DNA from: Candidatus Tayloriibacteriota bacterium | GTDB lineage: Bacteria > Patescibacteriota > Minisyncoccia > Phycocordibacterales > UBA6065 | DNA: 64,000 nucleotides | Direction: 5' to 3' | Assembly: GCA_016215405.1 (NCBI GenBank) | Contig: JACRJQ010000002.1 | Location: forward strand, 59,597-123,596 | Part shown: piece by piece, positions 1 to 7,562 of the stretch | Position numbering within the stretch: the first letter of the stretch is position 1 | Layout: each line of letters opens with the position of its first letter | Program-made: the position numbers and the translations under genes | Notes under the pieces: generated by a model | What the model saw: only the letters and a program-made list of their open reading frames with translations | Told to the model about the DNA's origin: nothing | The model's database searches: none

Positions 1-649
1 TGTCGAATCCAGGCTTTATCCAACCGTTCCGAAAACCGAGGAATAAAAAGAAATCCAAGGCGGTCGCAGACGAGGGCGGCTCGGCCGTCGCAGGCAAACT
101 GATCTTTTGATTGTTTGCTACGAGAGCGCCGCCGTGCGGTATTCCAAGAGCCTTTTTCAGGCTAAATACAGAGATATCGCCATAAGAGCCCAAAGGCGTC
201 CCTTCGGGCGACCCGCCGCAGCAATGCGCGCAATCCTCTATGAAATAGATCTTTTCCTTCTTGCACAGCGCAGCGATCTCGCCGATGCGCTTCAGGGGAA
301 ATCCGAGATAGTGCGTCGCCAAGACAGCCGCAGTCGCTTCGGTCACAAGGACCTCGATCTCCTTTGGATCAACTTCCATCATGAAGTTGACTCTGTAAAA
401 ACGAGGTATGAAGCCGGCTTCTATCGCCGCTTGAATCTCCTCGCCGCATGAGTAGCTCGGGAGCAATATCTCCCTTTTCGGGGTAATCAAAGATATCGAT
501 TTCATTCCAAGATAAAGGGCGTTGCGGCCGTACATTGTGAACACTGTCCGATCATCACTTAAAGGCTCCCACAATCCTCTAATAAAGCGGATCGGGTCTG
601 CGGCTCCGAGCGACCCCTCGATATCGTAGTTTGAGCTAAATCTCTCCAT
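1..649 (-). CDS. DegT/DnrJ/EryC1/StrS family PLP-dependent aminotransferase (3' end outside window; absent from the ORF track)
   Basis: Manual translation from ATG at 649 is open to position 1: MERFSSNY...YGRNALY...ILLPSYSC...THYLGF...IEDCAH...LGSYGDISVFSLKKALGIPHGGAL, carrying the IEDxAH and SxxK/GG motifs of this family. Confidence 0.85.
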   Translation of the reverse strand, partial: MERFSSNYDIEGSLGAADPIRFIRGLWEPLSDDRTVFTMYGRNALYLGMKSISLITPKREILLPSYSCGEEIQAAIEAGFIPRFYRVNFMMEVDPKEIEVLVTEATAAVLATHYLGFPLKRIGEIAALCKKEKIYFIEDCAHCCGGSPEGTPLGSYGDISVFSLKKALGIPHGGALVANNQKISLPATAEPPSSATALDFFLFLGFRNGWIKPGFD

Positions 650-653
650 AAAA

Positions 654-2522
654 TCATATTTTAATATCGTAGGACTTTAGAAACCTGACTGGAAGAAACT
701 GCAGTTTGTGGGACCTGGTTCCCTCCTCGGGGCCCAATTCTCCATCGTTGATAAATTTTACCCCGTGTTTTTGGGCCTTTTCAATGCAGTGGATATAGGT
801 CGCATCTGAAACGCCTTTTGCTCCGCCCTTATCGGGGTCGTTGATCCCTTTTGTGGAGTAGAGCACTGCCCATCCAGGAAAATTCGGACAGAAGTGTAAA
901 ATGAAAGCGCTCACAGGCCTTCCCTCCATATAGCCAATTTCAGCGCAAATGTGGTCCGGAGCTTTGGCGAGCCGCGCGGTCTTCTGGTAGACGTATTTTT
1001 CCTTTTCAGCCTTATACTTTTTATACTTGCTTCCTTGCGTTGCTTGCCAGCGATCAAGGACAGAAAAGGCGTCGCCGAGGCTCTCTTCCGTAAGTCTTTT
1101 GAAAATCAGGCGCCCTTTCGCAAGGAGCCTATTCCTCGTGTTCCTCAGATTCGAAAAGTGCGCACCGGAAAGCTCCGCAAGCTTTGATGCATCATATATC
1201 GCCTCTTCTCTAGATCGCGGAACTATTCGCCAATCTTTGGCTAACGCGCTCTGATGCGATTTGACCCAATGCTCGCTGACGTTCTGTATTCTCACCTCGA
1301 TATCTGGATTCTCTCTTTTTAATAGGCGAACGGTTTCGATGAGATCGTCGGGCGCGCCGATGACCCTTGGCGTAAAAAGAATGAGATCCTTGACTCCTAT
1401 CCCGATAACCGCTTGCCACCGTTCCGTCGAGGCAAAAAATATCTCATAGTCAAAGGCGAGATATGCCATGATGTGGTAGGCATTATGCTCGAAAATCGGG
1501 TCAGGTTCCCCGACATACAGTCCATCGAGAACTGCCCGAGCTTCCTCGATCGAGACGGGTATCTCTCGCAGATTCGCGCCCTTGCTCCTTAAAGATTCTT
1601 TTATTCTTCCAGATCGATCCTTGGGATACATCACGGGTACAGAATGTTCTGGGTCGAGACGATAGATCAAGCCTCGTTCGTACATGCCCTCTGTCCAATA
1701 CAGTAATCCGTTTCTGTGGCGTTTCGAGAAGATCCGTGCGAGCTTCTGATATGAGCCGAAAATAACAGAGACTCTTGCGTCTATCTCTTTTTCTTTCCAC
1801 CCGAGGACGGTCTTATAGAATAACGAATCCCTCTTATACACCTGTTTGTAGACGGAATTGTCTTTGAAAGAAGGGTCCATAGCGACTCCGGATTCACCAA
1901 TTTCAGCAACGCACTCAGGCACAGAAGACAGCAGCTGGGCAACGACTGCTCCACGGCCTTTATTCTCGATCTCATCGCGAAAAGAGGCGTAGTTTTTTGC
2001 GAGGTCGTCTTTGTATCCTGTGTTCTTAAGATGCTGCAGGTTCTCTATCAAGAGGTCGCTGAAATACGCGATCCCAGTCGCGTCGATGCCCATCTCCCGC
2101 GCGGCCAGCACCATGTCTGTAAAAGCGGCCGCTGCTCTGTGGGTATGAGGGCCGATGCATGAATTGAATCCGTACTGCCCGGCGCCCGTCCTGTAAGACG
2201 GGCAAAATATCGCAAAAAAAATAAGTGGCTCACCGGTAAGAACCGAATGCGCCACTTTCTCTTGAATCTGCCTGCTCGATGCCCCATCCCTGAATTCGGC
2301 ATTGGTGGAGAGATTCATGAATGACCACCATCGTATAAGCACGGAGAGGACTTTGAGGTCGTCAGGTCCATACGCCGTCTTTTGGAACGTAACGGCCTTC
2401 CCGATCCCGCTCTGCCGCGCAAAGGTGACAAGAGAGCCGAGGTCTTTTGGAAAAACGCGAAGCTCGGGCGCGCATTCTTCCACGGCCTCCCTCCACGTCA
2501 TGATTTTCTCGGGTGATAGCAT
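654..2522 (-). CDS. Two-domain protein: N-terminal Rossmann-like (PvcA/IsnA- or CDPS-like) domain plus C-terminal DUF2156 (MprF/VlmA-type aminoacyl-tRNA transferase, GNAT fold) domain
   Basis: C-half has EAIYDASKLAELSGAHFSNLRNTRNRL and INDGELGPEEGTRSHKLQFLP, typical of DUF2156. The start was moved from 2630 to 2522 because a tRNA occupies 2527-2599. The N-domain call is tentative. Confidence 0.65.
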   Translation of the reverse strand: MLSPEKIMTWREAVEECAPELRVFPKDLGSLVTFARQSGIGKAVTFQKTAYGPDDLKVLSVLIRWWSFMNLSTNAEFRDGASSRQIQEKVAHSVLTGEPLIFFAIFCPSYRTGAGQYGFNSCIGPHTHRAAAAFTDMVLAAREMGIDATGIAYFSDLLIENLQHLKNTGYKDDLAKNYASFRDEIENKGRGAVVAQLLSSVPECVAEIGESGVAMDPSFKDNSVYKQVYKRDSLFYKTVLGWKEKEIDARVSVIFGSYQKLARIFSKRHRNGLLYWTEGMYERGLIYRLDPEHSVPVMYPKDRSGRIKESLRSKGANLREIPVSIEEARAVLDGLYVGEPDPIFEHNAYHIMAYLAFDYEIFFASTERWQAVIGIGVKDLILFTPRVIGAPDDLIETVRLLKRENPDIEVRIQNVSEHWVKSHQSALAKDWRIVPRSREEAIYDASKLAELSGAHFSNLRNTRNRLLAKGRLIFKRLTEESLGDAFSVLDRWQATQGSKYKKYKAEKEKYVYQKTARLAKAPDHICAEIGYMEGRPVSAFILHFCPNFPGWAVLYSTKGINDPDKGGAKGVSDATYIHCIEKAQKHGVKFINDGELGPEEGTRSHKLQFLPVRFLKSYDIKI

Positions 2523-2526
2523 AGTG

Positions 2527-2599
2527 AGCCCAGGGATGGACTTGAACCACCGGCCTCCCGCATACGATGCAGGCGCTCTCTCTGCTGAGCTACCTGGGC
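2527..2599 (-). tRNA. tRNA-Thr(CGT), atypical (D-loop lacks GG; CCA not encoded)
   Basis: Full cloverleaf: GCCCAGG TA GCTC AGCAGAGA GAGC G CCTGC AT-CGT-AT GCGGG AGGCC GGTGG TTCAAGT CCATC CCTGGGC T. Confidence 0.9.
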
Positions 2600-2605
2600 A
2601 TTCCT

Positions 2606-3250
2606 TTAGACTAGCGCATTCACGACACATTGCAAGACATCTTCCGGTTTCTGTCCAGCATCAATGTCTGCTCTCGTCCTAGATGCGTCGCCAAGCGCGT
2701 CCAGCGTCTCTCTTAGCGATAGCGAGTGGTCGCGGTATCGCCTCTCGAGATTTTTGGGCTGATCGTCGTCCCGGACCTTCATCTCGCCTCCGCACGCAGG
2801 ACATCTACCGCCGACCGCTTCAGATGCCATAAACTGCGTAAGGCACTCGCCGCATATCCTTCTCAGAGATGCTCTGCGGAGGGCTTCTTTGAGGCCAAGG
2901 TCGAGAACGATGACCTTGTCAATTCGGATCGAAAGCGAATCGCAGAGCGTCAGAAATAGGCCAACTTCCCCTTTGTATTTCGGAAAGCCGTCAAGAATGA
3001 CGCCTTTTGCCGCCGTGTCGCGAAGGCTGCGTAGCCTCGACTCGACCACTCTCGCTATGAGCTCAGGAGGATATTCGACGACGGCGTCCAAACAAGCCTT
3101 CAGAAGAATTCCGTCAGCTGTGCCCTTCGATATTTCGGATCTCGTTATGTTGCCTACGGAAAGATAGGAATATCCAGTTCGCGCGGACAGCTCGAGCGCG
3201 GTCTTCGTCTTGCCGCTCGTTGGCGGGCCATACATGATCACACAGTTCAT
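2606..3250 (-). CDS. Adenylate kinase-like nucleoside monophosphate kinase with Zn-finger LID
   Basis: P-loop GPPTSGKT, ILDGFP, LID RRICGEC...CPACGG..RDDD. Confidence 0.85.
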   Translation of the reverse strand: MNCVIMYGPPTSGKTKTALELSARTGYSYLSVGNITRSEISKGTADGILLKACLDAVVEYPPELIARVVESRLRSLRDTAAKGVILDGFPKYKGEVGLFLTLCDSLSIRIDKVIVLDLGLKEALRRASLRRICGECLTQFMASEAVGGRCPACGGEMKVRDDDQPKNLERRYRDHSLSLRETLDALGDASRTRADIDAGQKPEDVLQCVVNALV

Positions 3251-3366
3251 AAAGAAAAAAGCTTAAGGTTCACGTTCGTACTCCGCAGCAATATAACCAC
3301 ACAATCTGTAAATTGAACAGGTGCAGCGGCCTGGCGGAATGTCGGTGCTGCGGCAAGCGCAGACGC

Positions 3367-5061
3367 TTACTTTACTTCCGGGAGCTCTATATAGAACTGA
3401 CTTCCCTTTCCTTCGCCTTCGGATTCCGCCCAGATGCGGCCGCCATGAGCCTCCATGATCTGCTTCGCTATAAAGAGGCCGAGGCCGGTGCCGTGGATGT
3501 TCGCCTCGTTCGCGGAAGGCGCCCTCGAGAACTTCTGGAAGAGTTTCGGCATGACGTCTGGCCTGATGCCGACGCCCGTGTCTGCGATTTTAAGGCGTAC
3601 CGTTCCCTTCTTCGCGTCTTTCTCGAGAGAGACCGCAAGAGAACCTTCTTTCGTATATTTGACGGAGTTATCGATCGTGTTCATGACCACTTGCTTGAAC
3701 TTGTCGGGGTCTGCCTTGATCTTGTATGTCTGACCGTCGTCGATCGAGACGACGAACTTGAGGCCCTTCGCGTCGATATTAGGTTTCTGCTCGTTAACCA
3801 CCTCTTTGACCATGTCTTTGAAGTCGATCTCCCTGAGATCGTATTTCATCGTGCCGAGCTCAATGCGGGAGATGTTGAGATAGTCCTCGACGACATTCGC
3901 GAGCGTCTTTACCGACGTGAGTATCGTCTGCACGCCTTCTTTCACGCCTCCTTCTACCTTGCCATAGTCGCCCTCGAGTATGAGAGACGCGTTGCCCCTC
4001 ATCGCGGCGAGAGGGCTTCGAAGCTGATGCGTAGCGAACGATACGAATTCCGTCTTCTGTATATCGAGCTCCTTGAGCCTCGCGTTCGCCTTTTCGAGCT
4101 GCTCTTTCTGGGTCTGTATGAGCTCTCGGGCCTCGACCTCTCTCTTGACGCTCTTTACAAGAAGATATCCGAACCCGAGCGAGAGAGCGAGCGTGACTCC
4201 GTTAAGCACTCGGTTAATCGGATTTCTAATGAAGAAAAATTGCGAACCAATGAGTATCACAAGACCGACGACAAGGGCCTGTGCGGCGATAAGTTTTATA
4301 TTGAAAGCTTTATATCTTACGATTATATAGGTAAGAAATGCGATAAATATCGTCATTCCGAAGTATCCGTACTGCTCGATAGCGAAAGTATCAGGCTCTG
4401 CATCGAATAAATTGGCGATGCTCGCAATATAGGTCGCCACTGAGAAACATAAAAGGAAAAGAGAGATACCTACGGTAGAGAGGAGTATCTGCTTTTTCTT
4501 GGATTCCTCCTTCGCCCTCAAATACTCTCTCGCCCCGAATACAACGCACCAGGCGAAAATCATCCCAGCGAGGATGTAGCTCGCATTGATGATGAAGGGG
4601 TTTTCGACAGCGCTACAATTCGGAACATCGAAGCCTTCGAGTGTGAATGTGGTCGCCGACGCGAGCAAGATTGGAGTAAGTAGCAGCCCGAAGACGACCT
4701 TCCACGCAGCTGAGGCGTCCTTACCCTTTATGAAGGTATATAGAAAATAGAGACTCAGCGCGAAAATACTCGTGAAAAAGATGAACCAATAGGACCATAT
4801 GAACATGAGCACCCTGCTGTCTATCTGTGTCCACAGCAGGATATCGCCTATGCTCCAAAGGGAGAACATGATCGATATCGTGGCGATGACTTTGGCCGCG
4901 ATAGAACCCCTGTTGTGGTAAATAAGGAAAAAGCTCAACAGAAGCGAGACAATAATGGCAGTAAGATGCGAATAGTAGACAAGTACCGGCACCTCACCGG
5001 AAAAAAGGGCGAACTTCAGTGTGCTGTAGATGCTTAGCGAAAGTGCGTCTGCGCAATACAT
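3367..5061 (-). CDS. Membrane sensor histidine kinase (multi-TM N-terminus, HisKA, HATPase)
   Basis: H-box FATHQLRSPL, N-box NTIDNSVKY, DTGVG, GTGLGL, HGG; start placed at MYCAD (5061), downstream of a terminator. Confidence 0.92.
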   Translation of the reverse strand: MYCADALSLSIYSTLKFALFSGEVPVLVYYSHLTAIIVSLLLSFFLIYHNRGSIAAKVIATISIMFSLWSIGDILLWTQIDSRVLMFIWSYWFIFFTSIFALSLYFLYTFIKGKDASAAWKVVFGLLLTPILLASATTFTLEGFDVPNCSAVENPFIINASYILAGMIFAWCVVFGAREYLRAKEESKKKQILLSTVGISLFLLCFSVATYIASIANLFDAEPDTFAIEQYGYFGMTIFIAFLTYIIVRYKAFNIKLIAAQALVVGLVILIGSQFFFIRNPINRVLNGVTLALSLGFGYLLVKSVKREVEARELIQTQKEQLEKANARLKELDIQKTEFVSFATHQLRSPLAAMRGNASLILEGDYGKVEGGVKEGVQTILTSVKTLANVVEDYLNISRIELGTMKYDLREIDFKDMVKEVVNEQKPNIDAKGLKFVVSIDDGQTYKIKADPDKFKQVVMNTIDNSVKYTKEGSLAVSLEKDAKKGTVRLKIADTGVGIRPDVMPKLFQKFSRAPSANEANIHGTGLGLFIAKQIMEAHGGRIWAESEGEGKGSQFYIELPEVK

Positions 5062-5087
5062 ATGGTCATTATACACATAAGACACGC

Positions 5088-5120
5088 AAAAAAAGCGCCG
5101 CCTGTGTGGACAGGCGGCGC
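5088..5120 (-). terminator. Rho-independent terminator
   Basis: GCGCCGCCTGT/ACAGGCGGCGC stem followed by a U-tract on the minus strand. Confidence 0.75.
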
Positions 5121-5130
5121 GAGGGAACAT

Positions 5131-5688
5131 TCAGATTCTTTCGGCGAGCCACTGTGCCCATTCCGTGTGCTTGAACGGCTGATAAATCAGCCAGTAGAGC
5201 GTGCTCCAGAAGAGCATACTCAGGAGCACAGACGGAACGGTTATCTTGATCGTTGTCTTCATCAGACCGTCCTCTTTTCTGCGAAGAAGCAGGGTCACAT
5301 AGTCCGGGTCGAGGTAGTAGATGCTACCGACCCAGAAGATGAGAAGCCGCCTCTTCGTGAACCAGCGGACGAATCTTGCCGTGAACTGATTGTGAGTCAG
5401 ATTCTCGTCAGAGAGCGCTCTCGCCTCCTCGATACCAGTGATGTCGACCCCATTTTTCAGGAAGAAATCGCTGATAAGGACGATTGCGATGCACACCATG
5501 ACGTAGAGCGGCGTGACAAAGACTATCGCTTTGAGCCATCCGAATTCCGGATCGCCCACGATGAACGCCAGCATTGGCACATCCGTAAAAATCCGAGTTG
5601 CCACCGTGATAATTCTCTCGGTGACAAAAAATTTCCCTGCTTTGCCGGTTCCCTTGGCAAAAACAAGGAGCTTATCTTTAAGTTGCAA
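5131..5688 (-). CDS. Hypothetical membrane protein
   Basis: 185-aa ORF with several hydrophobic segments, followed by a terminator. Confidence 0.7.
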   Translation of the reverse strand: MQLKDKLLVFAKGTGKAGKFFVTERIITVATRIFTDVPMLAFIVGDPEFGWLKAIVFVTPLYVMVCIAIVLISDFFLKNGVDITGIEEARALSDENLTHNQFTARFVRWFTKRRLLIFWVGSIYYLDPDYVTLLLRRKEDGLMKTTIKITVPSVLLSMLFWSTLYWLIYQPFKHTEWAQWLAERI

Positions 5689-5783
5689 GGATCAGTCCCC
5701 CGTATCTGAGTTGTTCTCGGGACACCGCGGAATGCGGCAGCCTCAAGTTTAATTATAGCATAATTTGTAGTATTGTCAAATAC

Positions 5784-5807
5784 AAAAGCCGCTTATTCAG
5801 CGGCTTT
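5784..5807 (-). terminator. Rho-independent terminator after speD-speE
   Basis: AAAGCCGC/GCGGCTTT stem with U-tract. Confidence 0.6.
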
Positions 5808-5818
5808 ACGCAGCCATT

Positions 5819-6916
5819 CTAGGAACCCTCCTTCGTTGAGTAGAGAAAAGCGTTCTTTTCGCTGAAACTAGGAATCAATACGTCCCTCCTCTCTACGTTG
5901 CCGAACTCCTCTTCTGCGAGAGTCGTGAGGATCTTTGCCGAGTCGACATACTTTCTCACGACCTTAGACGCTCCTGCCTGCGCGCTGAACCAGCCGCCCT
6001 CCTTAAGAAGCGTTTTCGAGAGCGAAAAGATCTTGGAATAGAATTTCTTCATTTCCTTTTTCGTATCTCCCCTACCTATCGGGTTATCTGTAAGGTCACT
6101 TACGATGCCGTCGAATTTCTCTCCTCCACGCGCCAAGAGAGTCTCCATGTAGGAAACCGCATCGCCGATGTTGAGATTCACGTTCGGATGAGAGAATATC
6201 CTCTGTCCTAAGTGTTTCTTTGCATAATTTACGACCTCAGGATCAAGATCTACGACGGTTATCTTCGCACCAGGATTCATCTTTAACGCCGTCTCTGCCA
6301 CATATCCATCGCCTCCACCAAGCACGAGAATGTTCCTGTCCTTTGGTAGCATCTTGGCGAGGATCGCTCTGTCGTATGTCTCATGATCGAGGTCAGAAGT
6401 CTGCACGAGTCCGTCTATCACCATACATCGCCCGTACTTCGTGGTATCAACGATCTGAATGTGCTGAAAAGCTGAATGAATATCTGCGAGCTTTGCAACC
6501 ACCGGGATATTCTCATTCTTTCCTGTCGCGTATACCGGCGAAGTGAGGTAGTCCATGGTCACGTACCCCCTCTTTATCTTGTGCGTCTCTGATCGAGAGT
6601 GAGAGAGCGCCTTCTTGAGATAATCGACGGCCTTCTTCGTATCATCTCCGCGACTGCAGCTAAAGACATCGCAAGCGACGTAGTTGTATTCCGGCCAAGT
6701 ATGGAAAGACATATGCGACGTCGAGAGGAGGAGGAACCCTGTGATGCCTTGCGGCTCGAACTGATGATAGTAGCTGTGAAGCACCTCCATGTTCGCCTCC
6801 TTCGCGGCCTCGAGCAGCGACTTCTGCCAGAATTCGAGCGAATCGAGCTGGTGCGGATCGCAACCAAAGAAATCGACAGTGTAATGAGCTCCCTTTACTC
6901 GCTGCTTTTTCTTCAT
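5819..6916 (-). CDS. speD-speE: Fused pyruvoyl S-adenosylmethionine decarboxylase (SpeD) - spermidine synthase/aminopropyltransferase (SpeE)
   Basis: N-domain HQFEPQGITG...LSTSHMSFHTWPE...CDVFSC; C-domain SAFQHI...DGLVQ...ILVLGGGDG...VDLDPEV...DGIVSDLTD. Confidence 0.9.
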   Translation of the reverse strand: MKKKQRVKGAHYTVDFFGCDPHQLDSLEFWQKSLLEAAKEANMEVLHSYYHQFEPQGITGFLLLSTSHMSFHTWPEYNYVACDVFSCSRGDDTKKAVDYLKKALSHSRSETHKIKRGYVTMDYLTSPVYATGKNENIPVVAKLADIHSAFQHIQIVDTTKYGRCMVIDGLVQTSDLDHETYDRAILAKMLPKDRNILVLGGGDGYVAETALKMNPGAKITVVDLDPEVVNYAKKHLGQRIFSHPNVNLNIGDAVSYMETLLARGGEKFDGIVSDLTDNPIGRGDTKKEMKKFYSKIFSLSKTLLKEGGWFSAQAGASKVVRKYVDSAKILTTLAEEEFGNVERRDVLIPSFSEKNAFLYSTKEGS

Positions 6917-6923
6917 TTGAAAT

Positions 6924-7334
6924 CTATTTTAATTCCCCCGTTAGCTCGTCATCAGTCGTAGTCGCGGCCTCATTCATCGGCTGAGCCTCCACAGTGATGC
7001 ACACCTCTCCCTCTTCAAGGGACTCCTCGGAACATGAGGTCATATAGCAACCCTCTTCTTCCTGCGAGCATGTCAGCTCGTCACACTCCTCTAGCGGCCC
7101 ACACCTCGGCACATTGTAAGCCATCTTTTCTATTTTCTTGTACGGAGTCAGATCGCATTCCGGGTCAGATTCGCTGCAATCCATAGCGAAGCATGATTCA
7201 TTGAACAGGTCGCAGGAACTCGTACCGTAGATAGTAAAGTCGCGATCGACTATAAAGACTTTGTATTTCCAGACCGAGACACCTATCAATAACAGCACAA
7301 ATAGAGCCGTTATAATTTTGGACTTTATATCCAT
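6924..7334 (-). CDS. Hypothetical membrane-anchored, Cys-rich acidic protein
   Basis: One N-terminal TM helix and 10 Cys in the soluble part; 7 nt from speD-speE. Confidence 0.75.
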   Translation of the reverse strand: MDIKSKIITALFVLLLIGVSVWKYKVFIVDRDFTIYGTSSCDLFNESCFAMDCSESDPECDLTPYKKIEKMAYNVPRCGPLEECDELTCSQEEEGCYMTSCSEESLEEGEVCITVEAQPMNEAATTTDDELTGELK

Positions 7335-7508
7335 ATTGATAGGGATTATAACCCATTTACATTAAGAGCGCGACGTGATGTGTAAAATCCGCACCACAGT
7401 CCTAAAGGGCCGCAAAAGGACATCACCCCTTTTAAATTGTCAAAAAAAGGGGGGGTAGCAAATCTCGATATAGCGCGCTTTTGTGCTCGATCGCTCGTCG
7501 GCCAGCAT

Positions 7509-7538
7509 AAAAAGAAGGGTCGCCTGCGCGACCCTTCT
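7509..7538 (-). terminator. Rho-independent terminator after the ABC transporter
   Basis: AGAAGGGTCGC/GCGACCCTTCT stem with U-tract. Confidence 0.7.
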
Positions 7539-7562
7539 GCGTTTTGTCCGATCCTACCCTTT

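Noticed and set aside
107-451. 114-aa plus-strand ORF
   Set aside because: Antisense shadow of the DegT aminotransferase on the minus strand
2523-2630. N-terminal extension of the 658-aa ORF
   Set aside because: Overlaps a complete tRNA cloverleaf and the end of the kinase gene; a start at 2522 or 2501 is more plausible
2527-3310. tRNA-Thr as the integration site of a genomic island
   Set aside because: The tRNA is internal to the operon, and no direct repeat of its 3' end or integrase is seen in the window; the left boundary is not visible, so this cannot be fully excluded
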